Below, piece after piece: positions 10,331-49,360 of a stretch of DNA of 64,000 nt; the stretch's first letter is position 1, and each line of letters starts with the position of its first letter. The notes under the pieces are model-generated. The model was not told the origin of the DNA, searched no databases, and worked only from the letters and a program-made list of their open reading frames with translations. Position numbers and translations under genes: made by a program. Source of the DNA: Phoronis australis (Eukaryota; Animalia; Phoronida); the NCBI GenBank assembly GCA_002633005.1, contig NMRA01000028.1, positions 62,001 through 126,000 on the forward strand. The letters are read 5' to 3'.

Positions 10331-12764
10331 AGTCTTAACTGTAGTGGGGTCTTTAGTGCAAAAGAGGAATTTTGAAAAGCTTCAAAATAAAGCGAATCAT
10401 AGCTGAGCTGACCAGCGAGTAGCCCAGTTCATCCAATTCACGTGGCCTTCAGTTAGCGTGAGCTGTCACCTCACACCTCGACTTCACTTTAGACAGACGT
10501 AGCCTAGCTTCCAGCTATCCGTGTGCGCTAGCCTTAAATCATTCTCATTCCCCTCGAAATTTTGTTGAAAGACGGTAACTACGCTCTGACGGTTGCCTTC
10601 CCGCGGTTTGCTCTTTTTTAGCTAGCTCAATAGGGAGATTGCAGCGTTAGGAAAACTTGCGAGATAAGTCAGCAGTGACACCATCTAATTGCATCATAGT
10701 GTTACCAAATACATGTACACAAGGAGGGTTGGACAGTCATCCTTCCTTGACAAGTACTGAGCAGTTTTAAAAAGCAACTTGTTTGTTTTTGCGCTGGACC
10801 ATAACATCACCTTTCCGTCTAGTACCGAACAACTAGGTAAAAAACTTAAAACTTCATGAAAATGCTACTCTGTACATATATTTGAAATAAGTATCAAATT
10901 ATACAATCCACTGTCCATCTAACTAGACCTCAAAACATATTCAAATAGTTTGAAACAAGATGCGAGCCAATACACATCCAGGACACTCTATACATTAATG
11001 ATTGGCTACAGCCAAACAGCGTAATGACGCACCTGCTTCCTAACGTTCGACAGGTCCGTCACAACACTGAATTCAGTTAAACTATAGGGATCTTCGGTTA
11101 CTTTACACCAAACGGTTTAAAAAGTTCTAAGACGGTTCATCGAAATGCAGTTCAGTCGTATTTTGTGGAAATACTAGTTTTAGTAACTAAAAGGTAGATC
11201 TCAATGCTAAGGATGTCATTCATTGCAAAATATGAACATGAAACCCTACAAGTTCTACAGCACCACTTCATTATCTTGAGTTAATTCACTACCAACATGT
11301 AAAAAACTGTTAATGAAGATACAAAATTATTCACAACGTGCCATTGTCGCAGTGACAATTTTTTGTGACGTAAATATTTGACCAAAAAGCACTTAAAACC
11401 GTTCTACGACGGTTTTCAAGTGTGATTCGATATGCATTTGTTCATATTTCATATAAAACCACATTCAGTGCAGTGATGTGACTAGCTGTACAGGTGTCTA
11501 CAAGAGGAGACGTGGGCGGCGGTGATAATTTGTTGGAGACATTCTTAATCAATTCAAGTCATTAAGTAGGGGATTGTGGCCGAGTTGACAAAAACTTCAT
11601 GAAACAGTCGTTTGCGCAAAAATGGATGTGGAGACAACTTTGCTAGAATGATTCGGGCGGGCGCTTTTGCCGCTTTGAGGCTCAGGTTTCAAAATGTTGG
11701 CCTTATACCAAATTAATAAGTAAATTCACTAAACTTGGGGGTGACAGACATTCACAGAAGTAACGGAACATTAATCTCGGTCATTAAAATTGTACTGTCG
11801 CGATTTCACAACCCGTATGCTTAACTATACCTTTTATATTCCTTTAGGGTTAAAGGGAAACCCGTTCACGAGTATGCATCTACGCTGGTATAGCCACGCA
11901 GCTGATGCAAATCTACCGCAGGTACCAGTGAGAGGCATGTACCCTACTTTTTTTCCTCCCAACTCGAGGCCGAACATAAAAAGCTCAATAACTCTGCTCA
12001 ACTGTCTCACAAGTTTCCCAGTCTTGACATCAATAAATATCTACCATCAAAAGATTGACACATCAAAAGATTGACATCACTGCCAAGCCTCGCTCTGTCG
12101 CCCGCTAGAGCACCATTGGCACCTCAACCCAGTGATCAAATCAGGATTCGACTAGAAATATTTCGACAAAAAATCTTTAATGGCTGTGACACAGAATGGA
12201 TATTATGGTTCTTAGTGGGTCACCTTCCCCAACTGTTGTCCTGCAACCCACCAAAAGCCTAGGTCACAGTTGCCCTTTAGCTGACAGTGCAAATTTTTAA
12301 ATTGCTCCAAAATTTTCAGGGTTGACCAGAAGTACAAAGCACTGTTTTGTCTTAGAAAGCTGGATGGAAAAAACCTAATATCGCTGGTAACCAGGTTTAG
12401 TATCCTTTTAAGCGTGTCAAAACTGATGGTTTTTTGGCACTCACTTTGACTTGCCCTTCAATAGATCAGTTTAAATGAAGATGGAAATCCTTTTATATCA
12501 AGGTAACGAATGGTTCCAGCGTGTTTTAAAGCTTGCTTGTTATCAAAAAGGGTTTTGAATTAGGCCAATTACCGTTATAAAATTGAACACATATTCAGTT
12601 TTAAAGTGGTCATTAAGCTCACGAACACCTAGCAGTTCGTTATTTCTTCAAACCAAGCTCGTAAAATTTCAGGACACAGCATGGAATATAAATGTCACTA
12701 CTGCTTGAAAGATGTTATAATGTCCAATTGAGAACACAGCATCAATATTAAGACATCTGAGGGT

Positions 12765-12983
12765 CTGGAGCCCATCCAAGAAACGGACTTAAGTTCATTC
12801 TTGACTCAAGTTTCATCTCCCACACCTGGTAAGTCAGTCGAACTAAAGATAAAACTTAAAACTTATGTCAAACTTAAGATCACTTTTTAGGAATAAACTT
12901 ACGACAATTTGAAGTCTTACTTAAAATTAACTTAAATTTAAGATGTGTATTAGCCAAGTGCATTTTCTTGGAATGGGCCCCAG
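12765..12983. mobile_element. Harbinger-like MITE
   Basis: TIRs CTGGAGCCCATCCAAGAAA ... TTTCTTGGAATGGGCCCCAG around an ACTTAA-rich interior. Confidence 0.6.
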
Positions 12984-13685
12984 GAACACATAAAAGCCTG
13001 GAGACAATGCCTATGTTACAGTCTGGTACACATGACTTTATAAATTGCCTTTAAAAATAGCACCCCACTCATCCTGATCTCTTGCAGACAGCACATTATC
13101 AAACCCTTTGCATTTTGAATGCAATAAGCCTAATTTGATGGAAATAACAACAGGCACACTACTTTCTACAAGGTTTTACACACTCCATTAACTGGGGCAG
13201 GACTCCTGAATAAGCTTGACGTGCTGCTAGGCTGGGGCACACTGTCACCAGAATTCCTTTGATATTCCAAGAGACCACACAAGGGTAAACCCCCTGGTCA
13301 AGCATGCACTTCGATGTATTTTCATGTCATTAGGTAACTAAGGCTTGGAGATAGGACAAATGTTACAGTCTTTACTCATAATCAAGTCAACTCCTCTGGT
13401 GAGAACATAACACAATGATAATCACAGTAACACACACAATCTATGTCTTTCTCCAGTGCACCAACCACTCAACAAGGCTCCACACCATTAGGTCATTACG
13501 TCTCAGACAGTTCCAAAGGACCAGCACCATTATGCAGTACACTACACAGTTTACTGTGGATTACAAATAATGTACAATGAATATCATGTCAGTTGGAAGA
13601 ATCTAAAAAGGAAAAACCAATAAACTGAAGAAAAGGTACGGTATATTTTGTGAGTATCATATCCGTCCATGGTCATACAAAATAT

Positions 13686-14130
13686 ACAGCATGTCCCAGG
13701 AATTTCCGCAAATAGGCCCACCCACGGGCCACAGAACATCCATGGCCGTATTTTTGGAAAATTTTAACTAAGTACACCCATGAGCATATTTTCAGTAATC
13801 GTATGTTTTGTAAACCTAATGGATTGCTCTAAAATACGTTTGGACCTAAAATTTTGTTTCCTTTCAATTGGCAAGACATATTTTGGGATTGCGATTTCAC
13901 TCCAATGACTACCATTCAACAAGGTATTATGTACCTTGGTAGGTAACTAACAACAATACCACAGTTTGAAGTTTTAATGAAATGAGTTTGCTGAATGAGT
14001 AATCAGTTTGTAAAAATAAATTTGTTACAAGTGAGATACAATTACATGCAGTAAAAAGGATGTTTGCATCATAAAATGTTTGACAAACATATCGAAAATA
14101 CGCGTGGGCTTATTTTTGAAAATTCCCGGA
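13686..14130. mobile_element. Non-autonomous TIR element (Tc1/mariner-like) about 70 bp beyond the Sfmbt stop codon
   Basis: Imperfect TIRs CCCAGGAATTTCCGCAAATAGGCCCAC and GTGGGCTTATTTTTGAAAATTCCCGG. Confidence 0.5.
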
Positions 14131-14198
14131 ATTAACAACTCTTTATACATATGTACAATGAAAGTATTTCAGGCTTTCGCAACAACTTGATAGTGCTG

Positions 14199-40986
<26,788 letters not shown>

Positions 40987-41109
40987 CTGGACGTAGCCCA
41001 GAGGCGAAGCTTAGAACACAAACACAAACAACTGCAGTGGTTTAGCAGTGAAAAATGAAGAAATTTACTTTATCGCTTCTTAGCTTCGGATTGTCAGATT
41101 TTGACAACA

Positions 41110-41265
41110 ACAAAGACGAAATGTGCGCATGCCCAGATGCAAAAATACATTTGAAAAAGCTTCTTTCATTGGTCAGTTTGCCTGTAGCTTTCCGTATTAA
41201 CCAATCAAATGAGGCGTCATATCAAAATGTTCTAGCATCTCCTAAGTCAAATGCGCATGTTTAAA
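41110..41265 (-). promoter_or_regulatory. Putative Sfmbt core promoter
   Basis: Two NRF1-like TGCGCATG motifs (about 41124 and 41252) and two oppositely oriented CCAAT boxes (ATTGG at about 41168, CCAATCA at 41201). Confidence 0.55.
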
Positions 41266-43549
41266 GGGAGTATAGGTCAGTAGGTTAATCGTGTTTGCTC
41301 ATCTTTGCCTTTGGAAGAGACCAAAACCGAACTCATCTCTCAATGACTGTCTATGACGGTTTTAGTGCTTGCCATAAGAGCAAGGCAACACTCGCTTGTA
41401 GAAAAAAGCAAAAATACTACATCTAGGCTAGAAGAACAACAAAACAACCCTGTGCACTAGATTCATGACAAAGTAGCTAATTTCGTTTCGCCACATCGAC
41501 CGGGTCTAATGAGCCTAGCCGGGGTGTCCCAAAAAGTAGACAAGAATAATGCAAACAAAACCACGTTGGCCTACGTGACAGTGTTGGTGCTCGAACAATG
41601 ACGAAAGGTAAGTACCTCAAACATGAGTAATGAAGTATTTTGTATAAGCACTATGGCAAGTCTTGTCCAGGGTGTCCCAGAAACAATGGCACTATCAATG
41701 ATTCTTGCACATTACAAGTGAGACAGAGTTTTCATGAAACTGATTGGTAACGGTTAGTATTTCTCTTATATGTAATTCGAAAAAATGGTGAGTATCTATT
41801 ACACACCTCACGCCAACTAATTTTTGCCCAACCTATAGCAATTTTTGTAAAAAAAGACATAGTAAACCATAGCACCGGCGGCACTTCAATACATCTAGTA
41901 ACTGTGAGTGTTGTTATACCGCTCCATGGTAACTTTAACTCCTTTGGCCCTGACAAGCAAGGTTCGTGATATGAGATTATTTCGACAAAAGAGATTGCCA
42001 CTAAAAGCCAAAGCGAAGGTTTGAAAAGTATTATCATAACATCGGCAAAAATGCATTTTAGCGAAAATACCCTGGCGCTACTGGCGCCGTTACAGAAACG
42101 CGGGGCAAAATGGCGCAGCAAATACGTAATTCCCGTATTATGGTTGACATTCATGCTATAAAGCGGTCATTCCCATGGGTGACGAATAAAGAAGTTGCAC
42201 ACGTCAAACGTCATTGTTTTTGCCCACTTCTGCTGCACCCCGGCCAACCCGCGATCAAGAACGCCCCAAAGGCGATCGAGAGAACGAAATTTGGTGCGAG
42301 AAGCGAAGCCAGACAATATAAATAAATTTGATGAATTTTCGTTGTTTTTGCTTTCAATATGAAAGCAGAGACATGAGTTCAAGGCGTAACACAATGAATA
42401 TGGACAGGTAGAGGTTTAGACCAGTGTCTCTTTCAATTATTGGAGAAATACGTTCACCAAAGCATCGCATGAGACGAGTGATCTTTTTTCATTTTGGCAA
42501 TTTGTGGTTATTTCTGGCACTATGCCAATACATTAATCATCATGTTATAAAGAAATGATTAGTGAAAATATAACGCAACGCTGGTTGTCCGTATCTCTGA
42601 ATTTTCGACACTTTTTGTTGATGAAAGAAGCGATAAGAGTTTGTTTTTACGATCGGAAACGCATTGTGGTTTGCGAACAATGAGTGGACTTTTTACTTAT
42701 AGAACGTGAAAAGGTTACAAAACAAGCGTGGCGCAATGAATTAATCATATTTTGCGCCATTACTGTGCTACTTTCGTATCAAAAACTAAACAATAGTATA
42801 GCATACTACCATAAAATCGCCATGAGTTCTACATGTACACCAAGCGTACTATTTAATTTAGTTGTAAATGCTTTTACAAATGGTTTCATTTTTATTTCAG
42901 GAAACAATTTCACTGTTTTTATTGCGAGGCGAGCTTCAACGAACTTGACTGAAAATTACGGTAAAGACCGTATTGTCCACGGCGTGGCGGTGCATCCTAC
43001 CAGGGTTTTGAAATACAGAATCTACTTTTAAACGAAACCACTGGGAACAAGGAATTCTTACCTAAGACTCACCCAATAGCTGTTCCATTTGACGTGTCAG
43101 CTAAGGGTAAACAAATTGTTGCTGCAGCTGGAGATAAAACCAAGTGTCGACGCCAACGGCAGAGAAATCTTGGTCCTGAGTTCACAGTGCATCTTCAGTT
43201 TATAATCGCCATACATTGCAAAAGAGTGAAACGAGTTCTGCATAAAGTTCCGAAGGAAATTATTGAATTGTTAGATTGACTTAAACCATTAACTTGACCT
43301 TTCCAGTGCAACCAGAGACAGTTTTAAAGTTGGAAAAACTTAAAAGTGTTTAAATGTCAGGGACTTTCTCAAGGAGAATATTAATATTGTAGAAATTAGC
43401 AATAGCCAACTAGCTCCGCAGCTAGTAGCCGTTAAATTTGCTGTCGCTGAGCCACATCACACGCATTTCTGACTATTTTTTAAAATATGCGTTTTAAAAA
43501 AGAGCATATTTAAAAATGATTGATTTCAATTCAGACTACTGAAGATTTC

Positions 43550-43685
43550 AGCGAATGCACGGCAGACAATGGTGAGGACTCTGACGAATGCATGGCAGAC
43601 AATGGTGAGGACACTGGCGAATGCATGGCAGACAATGGTGAGGACACTGGCGAATGCATGGCAGACGATGGTGAGGACTCTGGCG
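43550..43685. repeat. 33-bp minisatellite, 4 copies
   Basis: Unit GCGAATGCATGGCAGACAATGGTGAGGACACTG. Confidence 0.9.
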
Positions 43686-45919
43686 TTTTTTGATGAAATC
43701 ACAAATACAGCAAGAGCATGAGCCTTGGAAGTTTAGTTGCCCCAAAACTGCTGACATTTTCCGTAGCCGGACTTTTTGTGGTCAGACCGCTTCAAACTGC
43801 ACACATGCGCAATGGTAGGAGGTCTTTTAACTGCTGGCGAATGACCCCATCGTAGATAGCTCATCTGTGCTAATACGTTGAGTGAATCTGCAAGCGTTTT
43901 CGTAAGTCATTTGAACCTAATGCAAAAGGTTTCGAGGACAACGTTGGCACACTTGTGTGTTCTTCATCTTCATGTACATCCCTTTCATCTTTTCGCTCAA
44001 CAAAACATGAAAAACACTAACTGTGAGGCAAACACGACAACAATTTTTTTAGAAACCCCATGAGTGACGTAAATTTTTCACAAGCGAACAAAAGTCCACC
44101 TGAACCACAAATTTAGCTGTTTGATCTTGGACATGTTTCCCTCGGTGTGACACGATCTCTATCAGTTTCTGTCAGTTACTCCTCGGGAATAAGTAAGCGG
44201 ATTGTCTGCTGGGACTTTACTGATATTGAAGTCAGCCGCTGCGTGCACTGGCCCGGGATGCGTTGGCACCTCTCTTCGTGCATCCTGCCTTGTCCAGTCG
44301 ACAGACTTCTTTATTTAGTGCTACTGTTGGATCAGCTAAACTTTGAATCATTCCGTGTCTTTTTTGTTTGGTAACCTGATTGCTAGTGTAACCTTATTAC
44401 ATGTATATCAGCCTCCCGTTCAGTAACGCTAAGAGGACCACGCTAAACATACTCGCTTTAAAGCAAAACTTCGAGAGATTATGTGAGATAATTGCCTTGT
44501 ATTTTAAATGACGACACGTGACTTTAACTAGACCAGGGCCGTAGGAGGGGGGGGAGAGGGTACGGGCCCCTCCCTAAAAAAATTCTGGCGCCAGGGTTAA
44601 ACTTAGCAACTGACATAGGCGTAGGGCCGGGGACAGCTGAGAAACGAAAGATTGCGAAATGCGGATAAGAGAGCAAATTCAAGAGAACAATTAACAACTC
44701 TGTATCAGTGCATGGTTTATCTCTTGAGGACCCTGGCCAGGACATTGTCATTAGGGTCTCCTCTTTTGCAGCACGGGTCGTCTAAACACACTTGAAAACG
44801 TGCACGTAATCAATCATACATATTTTGAAAAATCGAGAAAATTTGTAAAGCTAAGCTTTTGCGGAGCGTACTGATTTAATGTATTTTTAAAATTCAATAA
44901 GTCAATTTTGCGAATACAAAACTACCCTCTGGCAAGGAATAACGGAGACAACTTTCGCTCTGTTTTTTTTTTCTCAAAATTGTACATCACTTGAGAAAAA
45001 TTGATGACCTCAGGGACAGATAACATCAAATTAATTGCTGCGCATTTCCTGATTTTTGAAAATACAGATATTTTCATAATAAAGGACCCGCCCTTGAAGG
45101 AGGACATTGATGACATTCAAATGGACATCTTTTTGTGTTTTTATTGACAAATTCTTAAGGGACCGCCCACGGAGAGAGGGACCAATGTTGGAATTGATTA
45201 CCTCTATTTTCCTATTTTTTGGGTAATCGTGCAACCGGCTTTCATGTTGAAGAAGCTCACTCCCTGCATCGTTTTGGGACCACATTACGGTGGAATGAAC
45301 TGACACTCTTTTTTCCAAGCTTAATGACATTTAACCTTCCATCTTAAGGTGTCCCATCTCAGACGGTACCTTCTCTCGGTGGAGAATTTCGGGAGAAATG
45401 TCCCTTTGTCATTCTATACATGTAAATCCGACACTGAGTATTAAAATGCATTTTTTCCAAAACCTAAATAACACACGGAGTAGTTCTACATTTATACAAT
45501 CCTAACTTGGGTCCTATATTTTTGTATTCGTGCGCGCCGAATGAAAGTAATCGTGAGTGTTTCTGTGTTGCAAAATCTCTTATCCTGGGCCGATTTGAAA
45601 AATTCAAAGTTGTATTCGTATTTGTTTTCGCTCCTCTTTTCAAATATTACAGTAAAAACTACGTAAAATTCTCTCCATAAAAAGTACACTTGTTAGGCTA
45701 GACTGTAATCAGCTGATCATATCCGCATGAGCGAAGTCAATTATCCTCGCTCGTGACTCGATGAATAGAGCAGCTTGGCGGCATCCCTTTGAGCATGAGC
45801 CGCGCGTCTCAGCCAAGGTGGATAAATACGGTCTAGTTCAATTTTCCATACCCCGCCGTTTACCTTAAACACCGGGGTTAGAACCAATTTTATTTAGTGG
45901 GAATGTTCATAGCATGTCT

Positions 45920-46241
45920 ACTCTACTTTTGGGCGAACTCAAGATAAGTGTCTATTATTCTATGCTCGAGTACACAATAACTTACGTAGATAATTTATTG
46001 CCCTTAGTTCACAGTATGTAAACCCAATATTAAAGCAATAAGTTCGAGTTTGAACTCGAAATTTCGAGTTTTTACTCGAGTTTGTAGCACGAATATAAGG
46101 GTCTTCAAGGGCAAACTTGAACTAGAAACTCCTATGCATAAACTATAATGTATTTGAGCACATTCTGATAACCAATTATCTTAAGTTCGCACAAAAGGAG
46201 CAGAGAAATTGCCAAAAATAGTTTCGAGTTCGTTTCGAGTA
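45920..46241. mobile_element. CTCGA-rich TIR element (MITE)
   Basis: Inverted arms TTTGGGCGAACTCAAGATAA and TTATCTTAAGTTCGCACAAAA. Related to 10160-10330. Confidence 0.6.
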
Positions 46242-47566
46242 CAAAGATTAGAGACCGGACCCAGGTTTTACTAAACCAATGGTCTAAAAGTTAAACCACC
46301 TTTACGAAATGCTCATTATCTTTAAACCTGGTCTAAGGCCAGTTTAAACCAAGTTTAATTTCATGAAATCAGCTGCAGGTGTTGGAGTGTGCACATTTTT
46401 GGCACACGCTATGTATCATTTTCCCCAGCCACCAGAAACTGGACTACCGGTCGTCGGTTTCAACGAGGGATTTGGAAACAGCCCCGACGGAAGGCACTAT
46501 ACCAGAGACTTCGGCACCTCACTTTTTCAAAAAAAACTCAAAGAATGACCACAATATAATAAAGTTTTCCAGAAACTGGAGCACAATAAAACGAATCCAT
46601 GTTGACCTAAGAGCGAGCGCAGACGGCCGATACGAGCTGCCAGCTGTCTGAAGTGAATCATTGCTGACCTGGCCAGCAACTAGCTTTAGTTTATCGGGAC
46701 ATTTCGTATTTTCACACTGTTGGATCTCGGCTATAGATCCTTGAGGCAGCTCTTCACAATGTACCGGTCAGTGTACTGGTCTTAGGCCCATTCTTACTCT
46801 CCACCTGTTGGCTCACGGTTAACACTTTATGGTTGCATCCCTGAGATTGCCCCGGGGGCGGAACCAGGATTTTGAGTTGGGGGGGGGGGCAGGGCAGAGT
46901 ATTAGCCAGGGTTTCTGCCGTCAGAAATTCGCACCCCCCGCCGAACTGCCAAATGGAATCTGGGAAAATTGTAGAGAGGCCATACACCTCCTAAATCCGT
47001 CATTGTGCCCCCCCCCCACCTAGGGCGGACGTGGGAGATTGGGTACAAATATGGTGGCATCGGGAGCACGGCCGGGAGGAAGCGGGGGTGGTGGCGTTAG
47101 TGGTGGCCGATGGGGGATGTTTGGTGAAGTTGAAATGGTTTGTGCCCCCCAATAATTTTTGCCTTACTACGGGCCTGCTAAATTTTAGTTAGGTCCTAGC
47201 ACTACGGAACGCAAGCCAGGTATTAACTTTGAAGCATGAAGTGCAAACTGCATTCGGGCAGAATGCGAAACATCGGATCATTTCAAAAAGACATGAACCT
47301 AAATACGCGCAGTTTATATCATAACGTGATGTAGGCCACTATAATTGTTGTTATCAGGGTTCGCAGCAAAACGTACGAGGGTGGCTGTCTAAAAGCTTTT
47401 GTTAAATATATTCTTTCGATACCTTTGTGAACAACAATAATAGGCGCAATGGAAATCAAATCGGAGTTCAGGGGTTAACACATGCAACTAATTTTCAGCG
47501 CAATTCACGAAAAAATAAGTGGTAGTTCTTGGTCTCGTTTTTTTGCATATAACACATCCTACTATT

Positions 47567-48289
47567 TAGGCAATTACGTCGCCCTGGATGCCACAGGCAT
47601 ACAGGGGCGATAGACCTATAATACATAACCCACAAAAAGTTACTCATTTCAAAATACAGGAAATAAAATCAAATAAAACATGCATATATGCACATGAAGT
47701 TATAAACAACTCATACCATAAGGCTGGATACGATTCAAACAAGATAATTTGAACAAATCGATGAAAATCTGTCACGGTTTGCTCGCCGGAGTTTCTACCG
47801 GGTGCCATTTTGAGGAAGTTACGTGAAATCACGCATGTTGACGAATAAAAAGTCCAAGAGAAACAAATCTTACATATTTCACCTGATACCTTCGCATGCT
47901 ATTTTGCAATGTCAGCGCTAGCGTCACGCGCTTTGCCGCTCAGTCTCGCGCTAGCCTTTGCCTGACTCACGTGACTCAATTGACATACTTTGTGGTTATC
48001 GCGCACTTGGTGAAAAAGTTAACAGTGACCAAAAAAAAAATGGAGTTAGAATTCTTCGCCAAAGTCACCTTAATTCTCACAACTAAGCTTCATCGAAGAT
48101 ATGTATAGAAGTAGAAAGGACCAATGAAAAAAGTAAGCGTTTTTTAAGTGTGGAATGTATTTTTGACGAGGTAAATACTCAAAATCGGTGGCCGGATTTG
48201 GCCTACGGTCCGTTTAAAATACAGGGAACGAAAGCGATGGGAATTATTGTAGCCCCTAACCGGCCAACCGAGGGGCTACGTGTTGCCTA
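47567..48289 (+). mobile_element. Third copy of the TAGGCAA Mutator-like element
   Basis: TAGGCAATTACGTCGCCC ... GGGCTACGTGTTGCCTA, colinear with 38147-38856. TSD not preserved. Confidence 0.82.
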
Positions 48290-48769
48290 CCTTTGAAATA
48301 AAAAAACACAAGAATGCATTCAATTGAAGGCTTTATAGCCGACAGGCTAAACCACTAGATTTAAGCATCACGGCTTGGTTTGTCTGCCGTTTTCTGCAGT
48401 TCTAGGTAGTTTACACTACCCACTCATGCCACCAAAAAGTGAATATTTGTCATCCCCTCCTGGTCCACTTGAGTTGAACAAAGCATACTGGACGCCTGAC
48501 TGGACGTTTCAGTATTGATGACTAACCAGGAACCCACGCACTGAATACTGGGAACTGGTTCCTGGGTGAATCATACACAATTCCAGTGACGGATTTTTGA
48601 TAAACTGGTCAGATTTGGTATGAAAATCTCCCTTTACTAAAAAGCTCCCATTCTAGGTCATTTTTCAAACTTCTCAAGTACCATACTCAACTTGCATTGC
48701 ACAAAACATTTTTTTTCTCACGACCGCTTCGCTATCTTTTGTCCGTCTCACAAGGTAATCACCCCTAAA

Positions 48770-48830
48770 GGGTAATGGATTCGTCGATTTACCCAATCCG
48801 ACGAAAACTACCAATCGAAAACAGACAGTG
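48770..48830 (+). promoter_or_regulatory. Putative Mastermind promoter (tandem CCAAT boxes)
   Basis: CCAATC at about 48793 and 48811 in a CpG-richer patch about 300 bp upstream of the ATG. Confidence 0.45.
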
Positions 48831-49111
48831 TTTGGAAATCATACTAAACTAAAACAACTAAAATTCCTTCAACTCAAAGCATTGGGCTTTTTGGAAAAAC
48901 ATATTCAAAATTGTGAGCAAATAACTCAAAACGAAAAGCAAAAAAATCAAGCCTCGCTCACTTGTTGTAAACAAATTTATACCGGAGATCCGTTGTGCTT
49001 GGGAAAGAGTCGTGATTGAAAACATTAGATTCTGAACACTGTGACTGTGATTCCAGTCGTCTATGTAGTGACCTCGCTACAAACATCAAAATTGTGCAGA
49101 TCGTTAGAAGA

Positions 49112-49360
49112 ATGGGGGATTATGTGTCCCCCCAAAAGCGTGAGCTAGTGGACCGTTTTAAAAGACGTTTCGAGAGTTACAAGCAACATCACCCAAACGC
49201 TCTCGCTCGTTGTGAACGGGCCATTAAATGTTTGTATTCCAACCAAGGAAGAGCGACGGATGTTTACCATCGCAAGTGGTTGGAAAGCAAAGCAAAGAAG
49301 GCAGCAAAGTCTTCCAGGACGTCAAAGGATGGCAGTAGCTCTCAGAATAACCAGCTGCAG
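49112..49360 (+). CDS. MAML: Mastermind-like Notch co-activator, first coding exon (N-terminal CSL/NICD-binding helix); rest of the gene lies outside the window
   Basis: MGDYVSPQKRELVDRFKRRFESYKQHH..ALARCE....QGRATDVYHRKWLESKAKK fits the MamL-1 domain pattern (MGD..P....V.RLRRRIE..R.HH....RYE...L..KAK). Phase-0 donor CAG|GTACGG. A very long first intron is typical of MAML genes. Confidence 0.8.

Noticed and set aside
43548-43757. Cys/His-rich RQCPHHCLPCI repeat ORF (metallothionein-like appearance)
   Set aside because: It is the translation of a 33-bp minisatellite, with no supporting gene structure.
44534-47177. One 2.6-kb hAT element bounded by CAGGGCCGTAG and CTACGGGCCTG
   Set aside because: The ends are hAT-like, but the 8-bp flanks do not match (AACTAGAC vs CTAAATTT) and there is no transposase. 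More likely separate fragments.
49016-49111. N-terminal extension of the Mastermind ORF in the ORF track
   Set aside because: It begins at a non-ATG codon (TTG). The family-like start is MGD at 49112.
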